Assembly: GCF_964355755.1 (NCBI RefSeq)
Contig: NC_092670.1
Span: 27,328,795-27,392,794, forward strand
Origin: Antedon mediterranea
Taxonomy: Eukaryota > Animalia > Echinodermata
DNA length: 64,000 bases
Reading direction: 5' to 3'
This document shows positions 1 to 10,810 of this stretch, piece after piece. The notes beneath the pieces are model-generated. The model was not told the DNA's origin and ran no database searches. It saw nothing but the letters and a program-made list of their open reading frames with translations. How positions within the stretch are numbered: position 1 is the stretch's first letter; each line of letters begins with the position of its first letter. Made by a program: the position numbers and the translations under genes.

Positions 1-470
1 AATCATCTTATACAGCCAGAGTAACTAGTTATGTCAAAAAATAAAAGGGGCGAAATTTGGATATTTTTCGAAAATTTTCCTGCGGGGGACCATAGGAATT
101 TTTTCGAAAAATTACAAAAATGTCCACCTTTTAAAACTCAATATAATTAGACTATAATATTGCCATTTATGCACATATTATATTGTGTTAACATCATCTT
201 ATAGAGCCATAGTAACGAGTTATGTCAAAAAATAAAAGGATCGAAATTTGGCCATTTTTTGAAAATTTTCTTGCAGGGGACCATAGAATTTTTTTCGAAA
301 AATTGACAAAATTTCCAATTTCTAAAATTCGAAAATTATGCTATAATATTGTAATTTATACAAATATATTGTGTTAACATCATCTTATAGAGACATAGCA
401 GCTAGTTATGTCAAAAAAATAAAAGGGTCGAAAAATGACCAAAATTCCCACTTTTTAAAATTCAAAAATT
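1..470 (-). repeat. Satellite A (~188-bp monomer), left arm, opposite orientation to 1824-4530
   Basis: Repeating catcttatagagccatagtaac...agttatgtcaaaaaataaaagg is the reverse complement of the unit ccttttattttttgacataactagttactatggctctataagatgatg seen at 1824-4530. Truncated by the window edge. Confidence 0.9.
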
Positions 471-1823
471 AGAGATAGATCAGCGAGAGAGAGATAGATC
501 AGCGAGAGAGAGATAGATCAGCGAGAGAGAGAGATAGATCAGCGAGAGAGATAGATCAACGAGAGAGAGATAGATCAGCGAGAGAGAGATAGATCAGCGG
601 GGGAGAGAGAGATAGATCAGCGAGAGAGAGAGATAGATCAGCGAGAGAGAGAGAGATAGATCAGCGAGAGAGAGATAGATCAGCGAGAGAGAGTTAGATA
701 GATCAGTGAGAGAGAGCTAGACCAGCGAGAGAGAGACAGATCAGCGAGAGAGAGATAGATAGATCAGCGAGAGAGAGATAGATCAGCGAGAGAGATAGAT
801 CAGCGAGAGAGATAGATCAGCGAGAGAGAGATAGATCAGCGAGAAAGAGATAGATCAGCGAGAGAGAGAGAGATAGATCAGCGAGAGAGAAATAGATAGA
901 TCAGCGAGAGAGAGAGATAGATCAGCAAGGGAGAGATAGATCAGCGAGAGAGATAGATCAGCGAGAGAGAGGTAGATAGATCAGCGAGAGAGAGATAGTT
1001 CAGGGAGAGAGAGAGATAGATAGATCAGCGAGAGAGAGAGATAGATCAACGAGAGAGAGAGAGATAGATCAGCGAGAGAGAGAGAGAGAGAGAGAGATAG
1101 ATCAGCGAGAGAGAGATAGATCAGCGAGAGAGAGAGATAGAGAGAGAGATAGATCAGCGAGAGAGAGAGAGAGATAGATCAGCGAGAGAGAGATAGATAG
1201 ATCAGCGAGAGAGAGATAGATCAGCGAGAGAGAGATAGATCAGCGAGAAAGAGGTAGATAGATCAGCGAGAGAAAGATAGATCAGCGAGAGAGAGATAGA
1301 TCAGCGAAAGAGAGATAGATCAGCGAGAGAGATAGATCAGCGAGAGAGATAGATAGATCAGCGAGAGAGAGATAGATCAGCGAGAGAGAGATAGATAGAT
1401 TAGCGAGAGAGAGATAGATCAGCGAGAGAGAGATAGATAGATCAGCGAGAGAGAGATAGATCAGCGAGAGAGAGATAGATAGATCAGCGAGAGAGAGATA
1501 GATAGATCAGCGAGAGAGAGATAGATAGATCAGCGAGAGAGAGACAGATAGATCAGCGAGAGAGAGATGGATCAGCGAGAGAGAGAGATAGATCAGCGAA
1601 AGAGAGATAGATAGATCAGCGAGAGTGAGATAGATCAGCGAGAGAGAGATAGATAGATCAGCGAGAGATAGATAGATCAGCGAGAGACAGATAGATCAGC
1701 GAGAGACAGATAGATCAACGAGAGACAGATAGATCAGCGAGAGAGAGATAGATCAGCAAGAGAGAGATAGATCAGCGAGAGAGAGATAGATCAGCGAGAG
1801 AGAGATAGATCTGCGAGAGAGAG
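471..1823. repeat. Compound micro/minisatellite [(GATA)1-2 GATCAGC (GA)n]
   Basis: About 1.35 kb of tandem gatagatcagc followed by variable-length GA runs; strongly purine-rich + strand. Confidence 0.97.
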
Positions 1824-4530
1824 TAAATTTTCGCCATTTTTCGAAAAAAAATTCTTATGGCCTCTTGCAGGAACATTTTTCGAAAAATGGCTAAATTTCG
1901 AACCTTTTATTTTTTGACATAACTAGTTACTATGGCTCTATAAGATGATGTTAACACAATATATTTGCATAAATGGCAATATTATAATTTATCATAATTA
2001 TAGAATCTTAAAAATTGGACATTTTGGCCCTTTTTCAAAAAAATTCCTATAGTCCCCCAGAAGGAAATTTTCGAAAATTAGCAAAATTTTGACTCTTTTC
2101 TTTTTTAACATAACTATTTACGATGGCTCTATAAGATGATGTTAACACAATATATGTCCATAAATGGCAAAATTATAGCATAATTATTTAATTTTAAAAA
2201 GTGTAAAATTTTTGCCATTTTCGACCCTTTTATATTTTGACATAAGTAGTTGCTATGGCTCTATAAGATGATGTCAGCACAATATATGTGCATAAATGGC
2301 AATATTATAGCATAATTTTTGAATTTTAAAAAGTGGAAATTTTAGTCATTTTTCGAAAAAATTCCTATGGACCCCCCAGGGAAATTTTTCGCAAAAATGG
2401 CCAAATTTTAACCCTTTTATTTTTTGACATAACTAGTAAATATGGCTCTATAAGATGATGTTAGCACAATATATTTGCAAAAATGACAATATTATCGCAT
2501 AATTATTGAATTTTAAAAAGTGGGAATTTTGGCCATTTTTCGACCCTTTTATTTTTTTGACATAACTAGCTGCTATGTCTCTATAAGATGATGTAAACAC
2601 AATATATTTGCATAAATTCCAATATTATAGCATAATTATTGAATTTTAAAAAGTGGAAATTTTGGCCATTTTTCGAAAAAATTCCTATGGTCCCCAGCAG
2701 GGCAATTTTCAAAAAATGTCCAAATTTTGATCCTTTTATTTTTTGACATAACTAGTTACTATAGCTCTATAAGATGATGTTAGCACAATATAGTTATTTG
2801 CATAAATGGCAATATTATAGCATAATTTATGAATTTTAAACAATGGAAATTTTGACCATTTTTCGAAAAACAATCTTATGGTTCCCTGCAGGGAAATTTT
2901 CGCAAAAATGGCCAAATTTCGACCCTTTTATTTCTTGACATAACTAGTTACTATGGCTCTATAAGATGATGTTAAAACAATATATGCGCATAAATGGCAA
3001 TATTATAGCCTAACTATAGAATTTTGAAAATTGGAAATTTTTGCCATTTTTCGAAAAAATTCCTATGGTCCCCCGCAGGGAAATTTTCGCAAAAATGGCC
3101 AAACTTCAAACCTTTTATTAGTCGCGTGGACGCGACTCTACAGTTCCCTATGTCGGTCGGTCTGTCGGTCTGTCTGTCGGTCCGGTATCACTTTGCGTTT
3201 TATCGCTTTTCTGTACTTTTGAACTGTTTTGATGTACAGAAAAGTTTTAAAGTACATTACTTTTTGAAAGTTCAATTATTTCTGAGAGCACGCAACTTAT
3301 TGTTGTTGGCCTTGTTTTTTGACATAACGAGTTACTATGGCTGTATAAGATGATGTTAACACAATATATGTGCATAAATGGCAATATTATAGCCTAATTA
3401 TAGAAATTAAAAAGGTGGACATTTTGGTCGTTTTCGAAAAAAATCGTATGGTCCCCCGCCGGGAAATTGTCGCAAAAATGTCGAAATTTCAAACCTTTTA
3501 TTTTTTGACATAACTATTTACCTTGGCTCTATAAGTTGATGTTTACACAACATATGTGCATAAATGGCAATATTATAGTCTAATTATTGAATTTTAAAAG
3601 GTGGAAATTTTGGTCATTTTGCGAAAAAATTCCTGTGGTCCCCGCAGGAAAATTTAGGAAAAAAAGCCAAATTTCGACCCTTTTATTTTTTGACATAACT
3701 AGTTACTCTGGCTGTATAAGGTGATGTTAGCACAATATATTTGCATAAATGGCAATATTATTGCATAATTTTCGAATTTTAAAAAGTGTAAATTTTCGCC
3801 ATTTTTCGAAAAAAAAATCTTATGGTCCCCCTCTGGGAAATTTTATAAAAATGGCCAAATTTAGACCTTTTTATTTTTCGACATAACTAGTTATTATGGC
3901 TCTATAAGATGATGTTAGCACAATGTGCATAAATGGCAATATTATAGCATAATTTCTGAATTTTAAAAAGTGGAAATTTTGGCCATTTTTCGGAAAAAAT
4001 TTTCGATAAATTGTTAAATTTCGATCCTTTTATTTTTTGACATAACTAGTTACGATGGCTCTATAAGAAGATGATGCTAACACAATATATTTGCATAAAT
4101 GCCAATAAAATAATAGCATAATTATTGAATTTTAAAAAGTGGAAATTTTGGCCAGTTTTCCGCAGGGAAATTTTCGCAAAAATTGCCAAATTTCAAACCT
4201 TTTATTTTTTGACATAACTATTTACTATTGCTTTTTAAGATAACTAGTTACTATGGCTCTATAAGATGATGTTAGCACAATATATGTGCATAGATAGCAA
4301 TATTATAGCATAATTTTTGAATTTAAAAAAGTGGGAATTTTAGTCATTTTTCGAAAAAAATTCCTATGGTCCCCACCCCTCCCCAATATAAAAAGGGCAA
4401 TATTATAGCATAATTATTGAATTTTCGAATTTTAAAAAGTGTAAATTTTCGCCATTTTTCGAAAAAAAAATCTTATGGTTCCCCTCCGGGAAATTTACGA
4501 AAAATGGCCAAATTTAGACGCTTTTATTTT
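1824..4530 (+). repeat. Satellite A, right arm; long (~186-192 bp) and short (~132 bp) monomers
   Basis: Anchor taagatg recurs at 1941, 2132, 2264, 2451, 2584, 2770, 2962 (spacings 191, 132, 187, 133, 186, 192). Long units contain an internal inverted repeat tttggccatttttcgaaaa...ttttcgcaaaaatggccaaa. Confidence 0.92.
3120..3316 (+). mobile_element. Non-autonomous Helentron-associated element (HINE/DINE-1-like), ~195 bp
   Basis: Interrupts a SatA T-run (ccttttatt|...|ttttttgacata) with no TSD. 5' palindrome agtcgcgt-gg-acgcgact (3120-3137), (gtcg/gtct)n microsatellite at 3151-3184, 3' subterminal repeat cacgcaact (3289-3297) inverted to the 5' end, and terminus ggccttgtt. This matches HINE/DINE-1 architecture. 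Confidence 0.8.
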
Positions 4531-5059
4531 AATAGTCTATTTATATGAAATGAATGATCAATCAATGAAAAATAATGCCATGCAACTTTGCTTCTGATTT
4601 TAAAAAAGGTCCACTTGTTTAGGCCTGACATTTACAACACTCAAAATATCTCACTTTCAAAAACAATATTTATTTTCCATTAAAAAAAAAAAAGAAAAAA
4701 ATATTCGTAGAGGTTCGAACCCACTACTGCGAGAACTCAAACCTGAGCACTACCGGTTACACCACAAACCAGTAGATGACAGAAGAGCTGATAACAGTCT
4801 ATTTATATGAAATGAATGATCAATCAATGAAAAATAATGCCATGCAACTTTTTTTCTGATTGAAAAAAATGTCCACTTGTTTAGGCCTGACATTTACAAC
4901 CCTCAAAATATCTCACTTTCAAAAACAATATTTATTTTCAAATAAAAAAAAAATATCCTTACAGGTTTGAACCCACTACTGGGAGCACTCAAAACTGAGC
5001 ATTACCCGTTATGCCATAATGTAGTACACGACAGAACAGTTTATAATAGTCTATTTATA

Positions 5060-6539
5060 AGTGTATTACGTAATTCATCATTACGTCATAAATATCATAT
5101 TAACCTTTTTAAAACCAAAATGGCCAGTTAGCTCAGACGACTGAGCGTCGTGTTGACAACACGTATGTCGTGGGTTCGATTCCCACGCTGGTCGGTGGAA
5201 TAGAGTTAAAGGTATGCGACCAACTGTGTTTGGGGTTCACAGAATTTACGTCCCCCTTTCCACCACACATCTTGAGAAGGCACTAGCAATGCATCTGGTG
5301 ATGATGTGGTGGAAACGACCACAAGGCCGTGGCAGGGCCTTAGTGCTGAGGCAGGGAGAGCACATTTTTAAAATTTTTTTGGGGCTTTCGCTACATGTAT
5401 TTGATCTCGTAAATTTTATGTTTAGCGCCCTCAATTTAATGTAAAAAGAAATTAATTTATCTTCGTTACGTGTTTAGAAGAGAATGTATGTCTCACCGTA
5501 GTTTGGTATGCCGTTTGTTATTATGCAAATGAGTTTTTGCAGGTGTAGTGGGAAAGATGGTATTGTTAGTAATTCGCGGTCAACACGCCACACTGTTGAA
5601 TTTTGATTTTGTTAATCAATGTTGCTACATTGGTAGTGAAATGTCCGATTCATGCAAGATATTGTATTGTAATATGTTATGAATAAACATTTATGGATGG
5701 TAATTGGTGTGTATGGCCGCACCGTCCCAGAATAAACATGTTTTAACAGATAATTTGTCTCCGATGATTTTGTATGGGGTTAATGGAGAGTGAAATAGAT
5801 CAAATATAGAACATTTGCAAAGATGCCGATTTCCAGACTAATTTCGAAACTTAGACTAATTCCGCCGCCGGGCTGGGCCTTAGGCATATACGAAGTCGAG
5901 TTTTTAAAGTAGAAAACTCTACCTAAACTTTTGAATTCGCATCTGGATAGTTGAATTTTTAACAAATATCATAAATATCATAGGTGATTATGTATGGTAA
6001 TAAGTATAAGTATAAGTGCAATTCTGGGCTCTATTTTCATTATTAGCTCTGCCCCAAACACGGTGGGCTAGTAGGCCTACTGGAGACCTAATATTTAATT
6101 TCATATTTCAATGAATAGGTGCACTTTCCGGGGACAAGCTCTATTGTCCTTGTTAGTCTTATATATTTTGTTTCATATAATTTCAAATCATGTAAAGTAC
6201 CATTTTCAGGCGGGAGTCTGTGCAACTCTATTTTTTTATTTTAAACAGTTTGGTATGCCGTCGTGGTTGTTATGCAAATGAGCTTGTGCACGTGTATTAT
6301 GGGGAAGATAATATGTTAATCATTCGCGGTCAACACGCCACACTGTTAAATTTTGATGCTGTTAATATTTACATTAGAATATTGTTCAAATAATGTAAAT
6401 AAAATATTTTCCGGCCGGGAACCCAGCAGCTCTCGAAAAGAACTTCAGGTGGAAAAGAAGCTCACCCATGAGTACTGAATATGAAGGAGCACATTGGCTT
6501 CTTTTGGAGGCTTTATGGCAGTCTTTTTATATGTATTTC
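5060..6539 (+). repeat. ~1.48-kb cassette, copy 1 (tRNA-like head, structured tail, two octamer-containing sub-repeats)
   Basis: Non-satellite sequence nearly identical to 16253-17738, 37368-38852 and 56456-57940; always joined to SatB at the same points. Confidence 0.92.
5122..5194 (+). tRNA. tRNA-like cloverleaf, anticodon GAC on a tRNA-Ile(AAT)-like body; probable pseudogene or SINE head
   Basis: GGCCAGT/GCTGGTC acceptor stem, GCTC/GAGC D stem, CGTG/CACG anticodon stem with loop TTGACAA, GTGGG/CCCAC T stem with TTCGATT loop. The D-loop GG is mutated to GA in this copy, and there is no T-run directly downstream. Confidence 0.7.
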
Positions 6540-9107
6540 ATTTCAAAAACAATATTTATTTTCAAATAAAAAAAAAGAAAAAAAAATATTCATAGAGGTT
6601 TGAACCCACTACTGAGAGAACTCAAACCTGAGCATTACCGGTTACGCCACAAGCCAGTAGATGAGTGAAGAGCTGATAATAGTCTATTTATATGAAATGA
6701 ATGATCCATCAATGTAAAATGATGTTATGCAACTTTGTTTCTGATTTAAAAAAAAGGTCCACATGGTTAGGCTTGACATTAAAAACCATAAAAATATCTC
6801 ACTTTCAAAAACAATATCTATTTTCAATTAAAAAAAAATCCCTAGAGGTTCGACCCACTACTTGCAACTGAACTGAAATGAATGATCCATCAATGTAAAA
6901 TGATGTTATGCAACTTTGTTTCTGATTTAAAAAAAAGGTCCACTTGGTTAGGCTTGACATTAAAAACCATAAAAATATCTCACTTTCAAAAACAATATTT
7001 ATTTTCAAATAAAAAAAAAATGAAAAAAAATATCCCTAGAAGTTCGAACCCACTATTGAAATCACTCAAACCTGAGCATTACCCGTTACGCCGCAAACCA
7101 GTATATGACTGAAGAGCTGATAATAGTCTATTTATATGAAATGGATGATCAATCAATGAAAAATAATGCCATGCAACTTTGTTTCTGATTTTAAAAAAGG
7201 TTCACTTGTTTAGGCCTGACAGTTGCAACCCTCAAAATATCTCACTTTCAAAAACAATATTTATTTTCAATTAAAAAAAAAAGAAAAAAAATACCCGTAT
7301 AGGTTCGAACCACTACTGAGAGCACTCAAAAACCTGAGCATTACCCGTTACGCCACAAACCAGTAGATGTCTGAGGAGCTGATAATAGTCTATATATATG
7401 AAATGAATGATCAATCAATGAAAAATAATGCCATGCAACTTTGTTTCTGATTTAAAAAAAGGTCCACTTGGTTAGGCTTGACATTAAAAACCATAAAAAT
7501 ATCTCACTTTCAAAAACAATATTTATTTTCAAATAAAAAAAAAATGAAAAAAAATATCCCTAGAAGTTCGAACCCACTATTGAAATCACTCAAACCTGAG
7601 CATTACCCGTTACGCCGCAAACCAGTATATGACTAAAGAGCTGATAATAGTCTATTTATATGAAATAGATGATCAATCAATGAAAAATAATGCCATGCAA
7701 CTTTGTTTCTGATTTTAAAAAAGGTTCACTTGTTTATGCCTACCAGTTGCAACCCTCAAAATATCTCACTTTCAAAAACAATATTTATTTTCAATTAAAG
7801 AAAAAAGAAAAAAAATACCCGTATAGGTTCGAACCCACTACTGAGAGCACTCAAACCTGAGCATTACCCGTTACGCCACAAACCAGTAGATGTCTGAGGA
7901 GCTGATAATAGTCTATATATATGAAATGAATGATCAATCAATGAAAAATAATGCCATGCAACTTTGTTTCTGATTTTAAAAAAGGTCCACTTGTTTAGGC
8001 CTGACATTTACAACCCTCAATATATCTCACTTTAAAAAACCATATTTATTTTCAATTTAAAAAAAAAAAGAAAAAAAATATCCCTAGAGGTTCGACCCAC
8101 TCCTCAGAGCACTCAAACCTGAGAATTACCCGTTACGCCACAAACCAGTAGATGACTGAAGAGCTGATAATAGTCTATTTATATAAAATGAATGATCAAT
8201 CAATGAAAAATAATGCCATGCAACTTTGTTTCTGATTTAAAAAAATTTCCACTTATTTAGGCCTGACATTTACAACCCTCAAAATATCTCACTTTTAAAA
8301 AACCATATTTATTTTCAATTTAAAAAAAAAGAAAAACAAATATCCCTAGAGGTTCGACCCACTACTCAGAGCACTCAAACCTGAGCATTACCCGTTACGC
8401 CACAAACCAGTAGATGAATGAAGAGCTGATAATAGTCTATTTATATGAAATGAATGATCAATCAATGAAAAATAATGCCATGCAACTTTGTTTCTGATTT
8501 TTAAAAAGATCCATTTGTTTAGGCCTGACATTTACAACCCTCAAAATATCTCACTTTCAAAAAAAAATATTTATTTTCAATTAAAAAAGAAAAAAGAAAC
8601 AAAATATCCGTAGAGTTTCGAACCCACTAGTGAGAGCACTCAAACTTGAGCATTACCCGTTACGCCATAAACCAGTAGATGACTGAAGAGCTGATAATAC
8701 TCTATTCATATGAAATAAATAATAAATCAATGAAAAATAATGCCATGCAACTTTGTTTCTGATTTAAAAAAAAGTCCACTTGTTTAGGCCTGATATTTAC
8801 AACCCTCAAAATATCTCACTTTCAAAAAAAATATTTATTTTCAATAAAAAAAAAAAGAAAAGAAATATCCCTGAGAAATGATCCATCAATGTAAAATGAT
8901 GTTATGCAACTTTGTTTCTGATTTAAAAAAAGGTCCACTTGGTTAGGCTTAACATTTAAAACCATAAAAATATCTCACTTTCAAAAAAAATATTCCTAGA
9001 GGTTTGAACCCACTACTGAGAGAACTCAAACCTGAGCATTACCGGTTACGCCACAAACCAGTAGATGAGTGAAGAGCTGATAATAGTCTATTTATATGAA
9101 ATGCTGA

Positions 9108-10718
9108 ATAATAACTATCAACGTCGACGAGTCATGTAATAGTAGTTTCGCTGAATTTGAGCAAACATCAGAAGATACGGTATGCAAAGTCATCGCTGAA
9201 AGCGCATCTAAGTCCAGTAGAATTGACCCAATTCCAACACGGTTACTAAAAAACTGCATTGACGCTCTACTACCGCATATCACTAAAATCGTCAACATGT
9301 CGCTGTCATCAGGTACTGTACCATCTGCATTTAAATTGTCCCTCGTTATGCCACTGTTGAAAAAGCAAAATCTCGACTCCAACGTCCTACAAAATTATAG
9401 ACCAATAGCAAATCTTCCCTTCCTTTTCAAAGTCTTGGAAAGAATTGCAACTGCTCAGATAAAAGCATATATGGATGAACATTTCCTATTTTCAAAAGTC
9501 CAATCAGCCTACCGCCGCTTCCACTCAACTGAAACCGCTTTATTACGTATTACAAACGATCTACTACTTGCTTTAGACAAAGGTAATGAAGCGGTACTTA
9601 TTCTACTCGACTACTCCGCCGCATTTGACACTATCAATCATGATTTATTATTTCAACGTCTTCAGAAAAGATACGACATAAGCGGAACCGCATTGAAATG
9701 GTTTATTTCATATTTTGAGAATCGTATACAAGCAATCATTGTGGGTGATTCGATGTCTGATGAGTTCGCTCTACCCTGGGGTGTACCGCGGGGATCCGTA
9801 AAAGGTCCACTTGATTTCATCTTATACACTGGACCACTCAGCAAAATCATTGATTTCCACCCGGAAGTTCGTCATATGATCTATGCAGATGACAATCAAC
9901 TATATTTAATCATGAAACCTACACATCACTCTGAATCTGTTAACAGCCTTGAATCATGCATTGCAGATGTTCGCTCATGGGCCATTCAAAATAAACTCAT
10001 GCTCAACGACTCCAAGACTGAAATGATCCATTTTCATTCAAAGTTCCGTTAGGCATCATCCTTTCCTTTGGTCCATATCGGAGATACTAGTGTCTCTACC
10101 TCCAGCTCAGCCAGAAATCGAGGCGTCCAACTAGACAACAGCCTCGGTTTAAAAGAACACATTCGTAATGTTTGCCGTGGTGCTTCCTTTGGAATTTACC
10201 ATATCGGCCAGATTCGTAAGTACCTTGACAAAACATCAACTGAACGTCTTGTTCATGCTTTTGTTTCATCTCGTCTGGACTGTAATAACTCGCTTCTGTA
10301 CGGCCTACCAACTTCTTATCTGTCTCCTCTTCAACGAATCCAAAATTCCGCCGCAAGACTTATCACTGGCACTAAACGACATGAACATATTTCTCCCGTT
10401 TTACGTGACTTACACTGGTTGCCTGTTGATCAGCGCATTCGTTTTAAAATCCTGTTGCTGACATATAAGGCCATCAACGGATGTGCTCCAGCCTATATAT
10501 GTGACATCATTACTCCGTCAACCAACTCTTCGCTTCGTTCATCCAGCAGACTTCTTCTAAAACATGAACCCCGTTCCAGAACTCGGTTTTACGGTGATCG
10601 TGCTTTCGCTGTCGCAGCCCCAAAACTCTGGAACACTCTACCCCTCGAAATACGCTCATTAAAATCTGTTATCACATTTAAAACTAAACTCAAAACTCAT
10701 CTCTTCAGAGAAGCATAA
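9108..10718 (+). pseudogene. Reverse transcriptase ORF2 fragment, interrupted by one in-frame TAG at 10050-10052
   Basis: ORFs 9297-10052 and 10068-10718 are in the same frame. The endonuclease domain is missing and the usual GVPQGSVLGP motif reads GVPRGSVKGP. Confidence 0.88.
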
Positions 10719-10810
10719 TCGCACGCTACTACTTGCACAGATCTTGGATAACACAGCGCTTTGAAACCTTTGTCTCTTGCGCTTTATAAATGTTATTTAT
10801 TATTATTATT
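9108..10810 (+). mobile_element. 5'-truncated non-LTR retrotransposon, L2/CR1 group
   Basis: Open frame from 9108 (SASKSSRIDPIPTRLLK..., YRPIANLP, QSAYR, LLDYSAAFDTI, GVPRGS, YADD, SSRLDCNNSLL, LHWLPV, GDRAFAVAAPKLWN). Short 3' UTR with agcgctttga...gcgctttataaat and a (TTA)n tail; flanked by SatB on both sides. Confidence 0.93.

Noticed and set aside
3024-3353. 109-aa ORF
   Set aside because: It spans satellite A and the HINE microsatellite (SVGLSVCLSV is the translated GTCT/GTCG repeat).
5298-5349. C/D box snoRNA behind the tRNA-like head (GTGATGA ... CTGA)
   Set aside because: Only 52 nt from C to D, no clear terminal stem, box C abuts a competing hairpin, and no convincing guide-target pairing was found.
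5214-5965. Short ORFs in the cassette (61-76 aa, both strands)
   Set aside because: No recognisable motif, inconsistent or non-ATG starts between copies, and recurrence explained by recent duplication.
8150-8215. Hammerhead ribozyme in SatB (ctga(a/g/t)ga ... aaa/gaaa on the + strand, variable at the N7-like position)
   Set aside because: Stem II cannot close next to GAAA (no G10.1-C11.1 pair), and stems I and III are unconvincing by eye. An Infernal/RNAmotif hammerhead search would settle it.
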